DNA from: Albugo candida
Lineage: Eukaryota
NCBI GenBank assembly: GCA_040437565.1
Contig: JBDOQK010000050.1
Span: forward strand, 124,001 to 188,000
Reading direction: 5' to 3'
Length of the DNA: 64,000 nt
Positions within the stretch are counted from its first letter, which is position 1. Each line of letters begins with the position of its first letter. The notes beneath the pieces were generated by a model. The model did not search any database and had not been told where the DNA came from. It saw nothing but the letters and a program-made list of their open reading frames with translations. Positions 35,410-46,210 of this stretch are shown here, one piece after another. Both the position numbers and the translations under genes were made by a program.

Positions 35410-36754
35410 CTATGAGCTAGATTGTTCGACATTAAACATCTTCAGCAGACAATCCTCACCACCGGAAGCTAGCTTCAACGTAGTATGATCGCCTCTCGGC
35501 GCATTGATCCAAGAAATGTCAAACGCTTTACCGTCATGAGCGGTGATGGAATGAAGTGGAATACCACATCGATCGTCCCAGACCTTGACAAATCCATCGT
35601 ATCCACCAGAAGCAAATAAATGCTCGTGGCTGTCACACCACTGCACGCTACTCACCCATCCTTGATGTGACTCGAATGTGCGCTGTACAGCTCTCTGTCC
35701 GTTTTCACTTGCACGGGGATCCCACAGTCGAACACAATGATCTGGATGAGCTGTAAGAATGATGTTTGTGTGTACATTCACACTCAAATCGGTAATAGCG
35801 CGATCTCCAAGCATACTTTGAACGCATTGCTGCTTCAATCTGTCCCAAATTCGCACGGATCGATCAACTGAAGCGGATACGACACATTCTGATCGATGTG
35901 GGTGAAACGCAACACTTGTTACGGGAGCAGTGTGACCTGTGAGTACAACATCAGGTTTTGAATTGCTGGATGATTGCACTGGCTCAACTTTCTTTTGTCG
36001 TTTTCTTTCACGACATAAGTCGCCATCTAATCTTTTTTCCAAGTTCCAAACTCGCACCGTGTGATCCCATCCACCGGTGATGACCTGTTCCGACGTCATA
36101 CACACATCATTGACGCTATTGGTGTGACCACACAGCATATTCTGATCGCTTAGCGTGCTAGTGTTTTGATCATACCGCCAAATACGGGCGATCTGATCCA
36201 ATCCACATGTAGCTATTAGGTACACGTCTGCGGAAGGATGATACTTCACGTGGACAGCTTTGATAGCGCCTTCATGAGCATGTTGTTGTGCCTTACAAAC
36301 TCCCTTATCGACACCGTAAATTCTCAGAATCCCATCATAGCTTCCAGTTGCAACTACTTCGGACCCTGTAGCACTTACGGCGCTGACCCAGTCGGAATGA
36401 GATGCTTTTATATCGAAATTCGGTTCAGGCAGAGCGCGAACGTATTCCAACGTGAGAATCGTTTCTTCCGATAAAAGATGCTGAGACATGTACTTTGAAA
36501 GCGACGTCCGCAGGAAGTTTTCATCAATGAGAAAATCAAATAATATAACTTTGGGCGGATTCAGCAAATGATTAATCACTTTCGATAGCAAGTGGCGATT
36601 GGAGCGCGTGGGCAGCGCGATGGGTGTTTCAGTAACGGAAATTGAGGCATCTTTGGTGATGAAACGGACGCGTACCTATAATATATCGCCACTAGATAAA
36701 ATGGGCGGAATCAACTGAGCATGGTGCACGTACTTGCGGTCCTTCTTCGTCCAT
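35410..36754 (-). CDS. WDR12: Ribosome biogenesis protein WDR12/YTM1; exons 36754-36734 and 36675-35410
   Basis: Spliced N-terminal NLE/UBL domain MDEEGPQ/VRVRFITK...LSKVINHLL...FDFLIDENFLRTSL...EETILTLEY, followed by HSDWVSAV and WD40 repeats (RLWDPR, SHQGWVSSVQW). Confidence 0.93.
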
Positions 36755-36880
36755 GGAATCGCGATGGTAAATAATTGGCGGATGGATCAAACGTAATGTC
36801 GCTTTGGATTGGTAAAAAATGGTATAGAAACCTTCTGATTGGCTTTATTATCTACATACACCGCTTTTCACCCAATCACA

Positions 36881-38595
36881 CTACAGTATCACGTCGGCAG
36901 CTCCATTTTCCGCAATTGAAGCATCCTTTTTCCTGCCAGAAAAATCCAATTCGTCAACCTCAACAGTAATTTTCGAGACGTTTTCTTGTTCTGCATTCAT
37001 CTGCGCCGATGGGACCTGTATATTTGCAATCTTTGGTACGACTTGATCCCACTCTTTCTCAACCTGAATGCACACAAAAAGTCAGAATAAATGTGTGAGA
37101 TTTATAGTGCAACCCACTCGCTGGCTGTACGCAATTTGAAGATGAATGTAATCCAAAACTATGCGCTTGAAATCGACCGATTTCTGCTCTTTGAAGCGTT
37201 TTACCTGCCGAAAAATAAAGTCGTAAACAGATTTTAAAGTACACGCAGACATACTTCGCGTAAGACGCGCTCCGTGACAATGTCATATTCCAATTTCGCA
37301 TCATCAACTCGCTGTTGCGCTTTCAACACGTCATTTTTTGCCAGTTGGAATTTCTCACTGCTACCGCTCTTTAGATTGACCAATTTCTCACTAATTTGCG
37401 TTTTGTACTCCAAATCGATCACTGCATTAATGTATCCATTTCGAACTTCATTTCGTTTATGCAACGCGGTTTTTGCAGCAGCGACTAATCGAATGTAGTC
37501 GGAAATCGGCTCTTCGAAATGAATCGCTTCTTTTTCCGCATGTTCTGCAGCCAAAAGAGATAATTGATCCGCACATTCGCCAATATAGTACAATCCTTCT
37601 TGCAAGGATTCGTTCTCTTCCGACTTGCCCAATTGCGTGAAGGACACTCCGAATTCGAATAATCCATCAGCGATTTCTCGTGCTCGCTTGGTCAAGCCAT
37701 GAGCGTGTTTGTACAAACCAGCAATTATAGGTTCCAAGCCGTCCATATACGCCATCATTTCTTCAATTTCAACATCGGCAGCTGTCTTCTCCATCTTTGG
37801 TTTTCCTGATACAGCACTGGCTCCCGCTCCAATCACTGTGGTTGAAATTGTGTTGACAGTCTCATCAAACCACTGAAATAATGACGTAGCAGTAGATGAT
37901 CCAGAGACAGCTGCGGCCGCAAATTGACCAAATTTACTCTGTTTGCCGGATCGATTCGCATGCTCTAATTTGTATTGCTGAAGCCTTTCTTCGCTTACTT
38001 CCAAAAACACAATCAGTTGATCATCGTGCTGGATCTCAGGATGCGTACAACATCTGTGCAAAAAAAGTTGAAGTGCTCGACGTCTTGATTCAACAAATTC
38101 GGGGGAAAATCGTCCAACTAAAAGCTTTTCGGGAAGAGGTGGAATCACAACGCCGGTATACGATGTAGAAAGCGTTCCGTGTAGCCACACAAAATCACTA
38201 TATCGTCTCAAAACACTAAATGATCGCTGAGAAAACTGAGGACGATCGGTAGTAATATTTATTCTGTATGAAATATATGCTTGCATCCCTTCTCCTTGCT
38301 TCATCGGTTCACTCACAGACACTTCGATATGATTGAGATCTCTTTTGCGCTTCACATCGGTCTCTTTCTCCTCCTCATAATTTGAATAGTATCGAGGCAT
38401 TGCTGCTTTTGTAAGATTCCCATACATTGTATTCTCAGAAGAAAGAATGTTTCCTTCCATCTCACTATCGATACTCTTCATGGAATCAGAAGCTTCATTT
38501 TCTCGCATTGTGTCGAGTCTGAGGGTGGTCGAGCGTGCAGAAGATGTATTCTTAGTAGGGTCGACATTGACCCATTTTTTACCACTTTGGTCCAT
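36881..38595 (-). CDS. SNX1: Sorting nexin 1/2 (Vps5-like) PX-BAR protein, 3 exons
   Basis: PX domain (VLRRYSDFVWLH...IPPLPEK...RFSPEFVESRRRALQLFL) followed by a BAR coiled coil. Two short 3' introns give ...VLRE/VKRFKEQKSVDFKRIVLDYIHLQIAYSQR/VEKEW. Confidence 0.9.
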
Positions 38596-38762
38596 CTAAT
38601 GAAATGCGGTGGTGCACTACTTTTAGATGAAGAATTCGGAGTCAAATCAAAATTCGTTGTACCGCTTCAAGAAGGAAATTAAAAGATAGCGTGTACAACA
38701 TAGAATACGGTATGCTGTCACTGGATTCTACAAATCATTCAGGGTCTTTGATTAAGAGTCAG

Positions 38763-39407
38763 ATGTCTCTGATAGAAGTCGGCTTTTGGGCCATTAAGAA
38801 CAGAGTGTCAGAGGACGCGCCCATCCCAGGTATTGATCCACGTGACTCAGTCGACCCCGAATGGTTCACGATAGCTCACAATATTCGCATCACAAATATC
38901 TTTGGTATTACTCCTGAGATGAGCTTCTCAGTTCTACAGCGATTAGTGTGGTATCTCAGATTCGCAGGTGTCATCGAATCGTATGAACATGGATACAGCT
39001 ATTGTCGCTTTCAATCATGTAAAATTGCTCGTGAAAATGTGAAAGTAATGGGCGCATGCACATTCACAGACGGAATATATTGCTGGCCAGAAGGTTACTG
39101 CCATTATATTATGTACCATTGTGTGAAACCACCTCAGAAATTTCTAAATCATGTTGAGAATAACTTTAGATATGCAGTTCAGTCTGCTCGTGATCGTGAG
39201 GCTCAATCAATGGGTTTGTGCTTGTGGAATACTGAATCGATGCAAGCAGAATCCATGCCAAAATGCAATTCCGAATGGATTTTGGAGCACACAAATATAC
39301 GTCTTGTCAGCGTGAATTCCTCGCTCGTGGAGATGCATACCTGGACACCTGTAATCAATTCAGTAGGTTGGATTGACAAATCATGTAGTGTTGGTGATAG
39401 CACTTAG
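38763..39407 (+). CDS. Conserved hypothetical protein with GYSxCR...C...TDGxYxWPEGxxHY...H.V.PP motif
   Basis: Intronless ORF with a protein-like Cys/His/Trp motif set. Alternative ATG at 38712. Divergent from SNX1 across a short intergenic. Confidence 0.75.
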   Translation: MSLIEVGFWAIKNRVSEDAPIPGIDPRDSVDPEWFTIAHNIRITNIFGITPEMSFSVLQRLVWYLRFAGVIESYEHGYSYCRFQSCKIARENVKVMGACTFTDGIYCWPEGYCHYIMYHCVKPPQKFLNHVENNFRYAVQSARDREAQSMGLCLWNTESMQAESMPKCNSEWILEHTNIRLVSVNSSLVEMHTWTPVINSVGWIDKSCSVGDST

Positions 39408-39440
39408 AGGAGCATTTCAAGGAGTCATATACGTTATCAT

Positions 39441-41668
39441 ATGCACAACTTAGCATGGGATATTGGTCAGATTGGTTCGACTATAAATACCTCATGTAGG
39501 AGGTATGAGATCACCACTTTAGGCACATGTAGAAAAAGCAGAAACAGAATACTCAATGGAAGCAACTTTGAGCTCGGTTCTGACGCTAAGCAACTTCAAT
39601 CGCACATAAGTGAGAAGGTACGCAAACCTAACCCAAGTACGTCGAGTGGAAATGGTTTCTACCGTTGACAAAGACGCAAACGTTATCGACACACTCATGG
39701 AGATTGTATACAGCAATGAGAATTTCCACGTTCAAAAAAAAATCTTATCCTTTGATGTAGTACGTCAATACGCAAAAGAGTCGCTTGTGGCTGCTAAAGG
39801 CGAAACATCAGACGCATTGGACCAATTATGGACTCGAATGGAGTTATTACGGATAGCTACTATTCAGGAAACAAAGGTACTTCCCATGCATCATTTAATT
39901 ACAATTCTATCAGACGAACTTGATCTCCACTTGGTTGAATCGCAATTCAACGCTTTTCTCGCCGTCCAGCACCGCTTAAGCCATCGTATTAACGAAGACA
40001 AGGCATCCGAGCAGTTGGCGCTCCAATTGAGTGAAAAGTCAGCACAAAATGATGAAAATCCGCTGCAACAATTGCAAGCCATTTTTCCTCATGTACCGTC
40101 CAAGATCATGCTAGAAACACTGGAAAAGCACGAATATGACCTAGAAGCTACTGCAGATGCACTACTTCACGCAAAAACTGGCTCAGAGTCAATGGATTTT
40201 AGGAAAGCCGTCACAAATGGAAACTACAAAAGAGCTTCACCGCACACAGACGCGTCCAATACAGCCACTAAATCGCAACATCTCTCCCCGGAAGTGTGTG
40301 TCAACTTTAAGAGCGTCAAAAAGAAGTCACAAAAATTGGAAAAATCACAAAAATTGGTGCAACATTCCGTCACATCGAGCATCGAAAATGCCTGGATGCA
40401 AAGCAATGAATACAATTGGCAAGAGTCGAAACTGACTTCAAAGCTCAAATGCGATCGATTGATTGGTCTCTTCCCAACTGTCAGCAGAGATGTATTGGAA
40501 GCGGTAGGAAATGCTTCTCTATTTTTTGATCTTCATCCAATTTGATCTTTTTTAGGCATATTATATGAATCACTGCAATTCAGACGCAACAGAAGCCATC
40601 ATTCGAGAAATTTACGGCATCGAATGGCCTTGCCAACCGCCTCTGCCGCCGGAACCTCCCATAACACCATGCCGGACTGTGATTCCGGCTCCTTCCGACA
40701 GTAATTTCGCATACAAACAACAACTTGTGCAAGAAGCTCACGCTCAAGTTCGTCATCACTTCCAGGAGCTTTTGAGATGCCGGACGCATCGACGGACACC
40801 ACAGCACTGGAGTGATAAAGTTCAAGCGTATGGGCATTATCGTACCTTGACATACTCTTTCTGATTTGTCTTTGGCTGCAGCCTTTCAAGTGCCCGATCC
40901 TCTNNNNNNNNNNNNNNNNNNNNNNNNNNNNNNNNNNNNNNNNNNNNNNNNNNNNNNNNNNNNNNNNNNNNNNNNNNNNNNNNNNNNNNNNNNNNNNNNN
41001 NNNTACGGCATCGAATGGCCTTGCCAACCGCCTCTGCCGCCGGAACCTCCCATAACACCATGCCGGACTGTGATTCCGGCTCCTTCCGACAGTAATTTCG
41101 CATACAAACAACAACTTGTGCAAGAAGCTCACGCTCAAGTTCGTCATCACTTCCAGGAGCTTTTGAGATGCCGGACGCATCGACGGACACCACAGCACTG
41201 GAGTGATAAAGTTCAAGCGTATGGGCATTATCGTACCTTGACATACTCTTTCTGATTTGTCTTTGGCTGCAGCCTTTCAAGTGCCCGATCCTCTTTACGT
41301 CAAGCCCAACGTGATGCGGCCGATGCGTTCTTTTCCCACAATTCACATCTCATCTCGTGAGTCTCAATGTACGCGTTACCGCTGCTTTCTTCACGGCTTT
41401 CTTTTCCAGGCAAAACCAACCGATCGATCTACATGGGCTCCTCGTCTTACAAGCGCTTGACGTTTTGAAAAAGCTTCTTGCATATTGCGAAACGGAAAAG
41501 TATCGCCAATTCATCCTCATCTGTGGTCGTGGAAAACACTCGACCAGTGGGAAGGCCAGGATTCTCCCTTGTATTCGAGCATCATTGAATCGTCGTGGAA
41601 TACCATATACATTAGCCGTTGGGAGCGTTCGAATCTTCCCATTAAAGACGCGGAGTCCAAGCATGTGA
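39441..41668 (+). CDS. CUE- and Smr-domain protein (Cue2/N4BP2/NONU-1-like endonuclease); multi-exon, start uncertain, 40613-40903 duplicated across the gap
   Basis: CUE-like LQAIFPHVPSKIMLETLEKHEYDLEATADALL and DRLIGLFPTVSRDVLEA/ALYMNHCNSDAT; C-terminal Smr IDLHGL...LICGRGKHSTSGKARI. GT-AG introns join DKVQA/LSSARSSLRQAQRDAADAFFSHNSHLIS/QNQPIDLHG. Confidence 0.85.
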
Positions 41669-42149
41669 AGAAAGCAACGTAGTGACCCCTGTCATACCGT
41701 CGTAACCCGAAAGAATTACAAGTTAACGACCGACGTGAAAATATTTCTCTTTTGCACAAAGATTTCGAAAAGAATGGACCCCGCTGTGCAGTCATTGCAA
41801 AAGCTTGCATTCCCGACTGTAACAGAAGCTCGCTGATGTCATCATCCCGTTCTCAGTGACTATTGTCGTCCAAATCACAGTTGGTAACATCGACAACGAA
41901 GAGACAGTCACATCCTCTGCAGATTTTCTCGTGTTGAGCTTGTACTCCAACTTCCCATCAAACCTATCGACAGTGTAACGCCATCTCATCCTAACTCGAG
42001 TGCTCGGATCCTCCCGGCATCTTACTGTTGCAATGTGACCTCTGTCGGACGGCAGCAACAGTGCGTTATCGAGCAGTAACAGCGTCCAAGTTGGCTGTAT
42101 CGCTCTTTACAAATGCACTACACACTCCTTATAGCAAAAAGCTACGCTT

Positions 42150-45100
42150 TTCAATTGCGGAGCTGCTTTCGGACGCCGCCGCATCACGCGTCTGACGCAG
42201 GATGACGACGGCATCTCCATCGCCCAAAGTCGCCGCGACTTCAGCGCGCAGCGTGTAGCGTGTAGCAGGACGACCACAAATGCGATTTTTCTCTGTGAAC
42301 ATTTATGGTGGAAGATCTACTTCGGCAGAGGATAGTTCGCTTGTTTATCATTGCGGAATGTTGTACTGCATCAAGAGGTACATGCGTGTCCGCTAAGCGC
42401 ATAATCGATTTATACGGCACTAGTAAACATAATTATAAGCGACAAAGGCGTAACGCGAGAAAGCCATTCGTGGTTCCTAATTATCTTCATAAAATAGTCG
42501 GACTGAAATATGTTAAAATCGTTGGAACTCTATGATTCTTTCGCCGCGTCATTTAAGAACAAGCGGAAGGCGGTCTATACCTATCTTCAGTGTGATACGG
42601 TGCGCTTCAATGTTAGTAATACTTGTGTCGTAATGCACTGCGGGTTCTGCCAAATCGTAAGGTATCGGTCGCAATAGACCCATTTTGAAGTGCTGTATTC
42701 TTTTCCCTGTTGCTTTCCAAGTACATTTGCACTCCGGGGTACCTTCCTTTCGTTCAACCATCCATATATAGTTCTCTTCAGTTGAAAGCACCAGTACTTC
42801 ATGCACCAGAAGCAAACATGCCAAGCATCCTTCCCCTTCATATCTAGCCGCCACAACAGCGACGACTCGACTAGGGTCGGGCAATAGTGACAGAGAACTG
42901 AATTCATCTATAAGTAAAGACAGCTTGTAATCGGACTGAGACGAGCTTTTCCCTGAAGAGCGGATGGCATTTCTTCTGTTATCAAATCCAGTAGAAGAAC
43001 CCTTCCTGTCTCCACTGATAACTGCGGAAGATGTTGGATAGAACATGGCGTCGTTACATACTTCGCTGGAGAGAAACAAAAACTGAGTGCAAGCTTGTCC
43101 ATTTTTGTGAAAACATTTTGCGAGTCCAGCCTTCATCGTGGCGGGAATAGAAATCAACGCATCTCTTTGATTGAGCTTCCTTGCTTTGTGCCCTTCTTTC
43201 TCGAAAAGCGAATCGAGGCATTCGCAGCACGCATTGACCTTAAAGATAGACATTGCTAGAATACACGCAGTACCATCAACCGTATCATCGTTCTTCCTTC
43301 TCACCACTAGCATTTCAACAGACATTTGGTTTTCAGCTGGTGACGAATCAACGCCCAGGTGATAATCCTTGTAGCACTCTTGCTTTTCGACGAGCGCGAG
43401 CCTTGGACACGCATTCAAACACTTCTCTCTCGACCGTAATTCTTCTGTAAAATTTTGATGGAAACGAAACAATAACGGAGCATCCAGACCAGGAGTAGAG
43501 CCAATCCCTAACGAATGCACTAATAATCCAGAATAACTACGTCCCAAGCATGTCATACAGTCACGCATCCCTTCACGCGCCTCGGATAAACCATTTCTCT
43601 GTTCCACCTTCATGCATTGAAGGTACATATATGGCTGGAGGACATTTGAGTTCTCTCCATGCTTTGACGCTGTATACTGACAATGGGTTTCTCGCGCGAC
43701 TTTGTCGAACCAAAATACACGAATTTCCTCGCACAACTCATCAGTGTAGAATTGGTAATCCAAGTTGTAGCAATGTCCCATTGTTATGCAAGGTTGGGAA
43801 ACTTGTTCTCGTGTTTTCAAAGAACATCTCACTAAAACGACATATTCGACTTCTCCCGACACGAACAAGAATTCACCAATGCTGTCAGACCCACTCGTTT
43901 CTTTCAAGCAGGTCGTGCATCCTTTGAAAAGACTGTTCCGTTGATGAGACAGACATAAGAGATGGCCGTTCAATTGGTCGCTAGCTCTTGAGTTCGCATA
44001 TTGTTCTTGCCAATCCAGAATTTTGTCCGAAGTTGATAGTCCTGGCCAACCATTTGAGGGTTCGCGCAGAAATGGATAATCATCATTAAAGTTGCAATAC
44101 ATTTTCACCCGTACGAAGCTGTGCGGCACATCAGTAATTGTAAATTTTGCGGCATAGTGATTGATCTCATCCAACGATATGCCAGAAACTCCAGCTCTAT
44201 GTATCATGCACGACTGGCATTTTTTATACTCCTCTCATATGGTGTGAGTTGTCTCATCATTTGCATATATGCTGTATCCTTTTTGATAAAAATGACCAAA
44301 ACTTGGCCGCAGATGACATGCGAGCCCATGCGACCATGCTCACAGATCGTAGCGATCGCATGGGGCAAATTCTTGAATAAGCAAAGATGTAGAAATACGA
44401 GATGTGATACTTTCGAGGTCGATTTTATAGCCGTCCAATGCGTGGATGCATCGTATCTTCAATTACGCGCATCAAACTGGCAACTTTTTTTATGAGTAAA
44501 GAATATAAATTAAGTAGCCTCTATTACTTGTTAGCTATCATTTATGAAAGGTCGCTTATATCTCGTGNNNNNNNNNNNNNNNNNNNNNNNNNNNNNNNNN
44601 NNNNNNNNNNNNNNNNNNNNNNNNNNNNNNNNNNNNNNNNNNNNNNNNNNNNNNNNNNNNNNNNNNNCTATCATTTATGAAAGGTCGCTTATATCTCGTG
44701 AACTTGCGGACTGTTGAACGCTGGGAAGACGTATCACGCAAGGTTCTTCGATCTATAAACTATACAACCATCTACGAACTACTGAGCAAAATTCAAAACG
44801 ATGATATTCCGCTAAAAGAGTTTGGCAAATGGAACACTATAACGCTGCATATTGCAGCCCATGAAGCACTTACGCAAGATCAGTAAATGTTGATGCTTTG
44901 TTTGGTTCGAGCGAAAAGATTGATTTCATGATTAAGTATCAAGATTTGTCGGGGGTGGAATTAGTGCGCGAAGGAAGAAGGCTAGATGAACATTTCACCA
45001 TTTGCGGTTCATGGTACAAATGTTTTGCTCAGGCTGAGCGATTACTGCTTGATCAACTTTCTATGGTCTCATCATTTGATGATGCCTTAGAAACAAAATC

Positions 45101-46210
45101 AGTGATCTGGAGCGCTGTGATGAGCTCTTCGCTGAGCTTTATACCGCAAATCCACGCATGTGACGCGATCATATTTGAATTACATCTGGGCGATTGACTA
45201 CATGCTTCCCATGTACATAAACACGATGCTCTACCAATCTGGACGAATGAATGTGATTATTCAGACAACGGCCCGAATTCAAGCAATCCCATAAATTCTA
45301 TGAAAACGTTAGGGCCGAACACTCATTGTAAAGTGCAACCATACTACTACATCAATAAAAGATGTCTCTTGCTACTTACTGCATAATACGTGTCAGGTGA
45401 ATCTTGCTATCAATTTGCATCATGTCAGCCCACCCAACGATATCTCAGGCATCGGATATATTTTATAAATCCAAACGGTGAGAACATGTGTAACTCGATA
45501 TTGATGTTCAATCATCCTTGGTATGTGAACGATAACCCGTAGTCGAGATTCAGAGCAGTTGATTGCAATGATATTGTCATCGAACCTCACGCCGCCCATA
45601 ATGCACAGTGGCATTTATTCTTTTTGCAAATCGGCAAGTGCCATTTTTGTTTTCAACGAGTATCCATATCGCAGATTCCATATAGAATAAAGGTATCGTA
45701 TTAAATTCTCAGAAAGAAGGCAATTGCCGCAAGTAGCAAAAGGGGGTCCCGAACTAAAGCATACGCAAGAAGAAACTGTCAGATCTCCGGTGCATAAGTT
45801 TGATGATGGAAGTATTCTGGCAAGTGAAGAGTAAGAAGGCTGTAGTCATCGTCATAGCCATTTGAAGATATTAATCGCCTTGAGAATCGAGAGTTGCTCA
45901 TCAGTATTGATCGAATACCTTTCTCGGCAAAAGGCTACTGACATTAAAGAACTGATGACATAATTCGGAAGCATGATTAACTCCACATCAATTAAACCTA
46001 TGTCTTGGCTGATGCTTCAAACGTCACAGCGAAGTGAGTGTCAGCAGAGCAATAGAATTTTTTCTGTAGACTAAACTGAAACATGGCTGAATGATTCATT
46101 TAGGAGCGACAAGCTCGTGCATTCTTCGCAATATCTAATCATCAAACAGAATTTCCGCTCGAAGAAAATGGGTTTCTCTGTTCGCGATGGATCAACGCAG
46201 CTATATTATT
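42150..46210. repeat. Left arm of a diverged inverted duplication (partner ~58560-62550)
   Basis: Reverse-complement matches: ~42165-42190 vs ~62515-62545; ~42400-42430 vs ~62125-62158; the CCG gene and its upstream; ~45025-45680 vs ~59640-60290; ~45797-45990 vs ~59290-59505; ~46007-46045 vs ~58695-58733. Confidence 0.8.
42549..44361 (-). pseudogene. CCG (CxxCxxxxxG) effector paralogue A with a disrupted N-terminus; 552 downstream codons remain open
   Basis: ATG at 44361 (MRSLRSVSMVAW) aligns to the paralogues at 61154 and 62814. It has a 2-nt deletion (tgggctcgcatgt vs tgggttttcgcatgt) and an in-frame TGA at 44237-44235, followed by KKCQSCMIHRAG (CCG motif). Confidence 0.82.

Noticed and set aside
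40613-41294. Apparent duplicated exon in the CUE-Smr gene and long antisense ORFs there
   Set aside because: Identical overlap across gap 40904-41003 (offset 391); the antisense ORFs are shadows of the + strand gene.
41680-42220. Possible minus-strand gene fragment (RRYDRGHYVAFF, faintly like a 2OG-Fe oxygenase)
   Set aside because: Frames are short and interrupted, lack the HxD motif, and run into the Smr gene 3' end.
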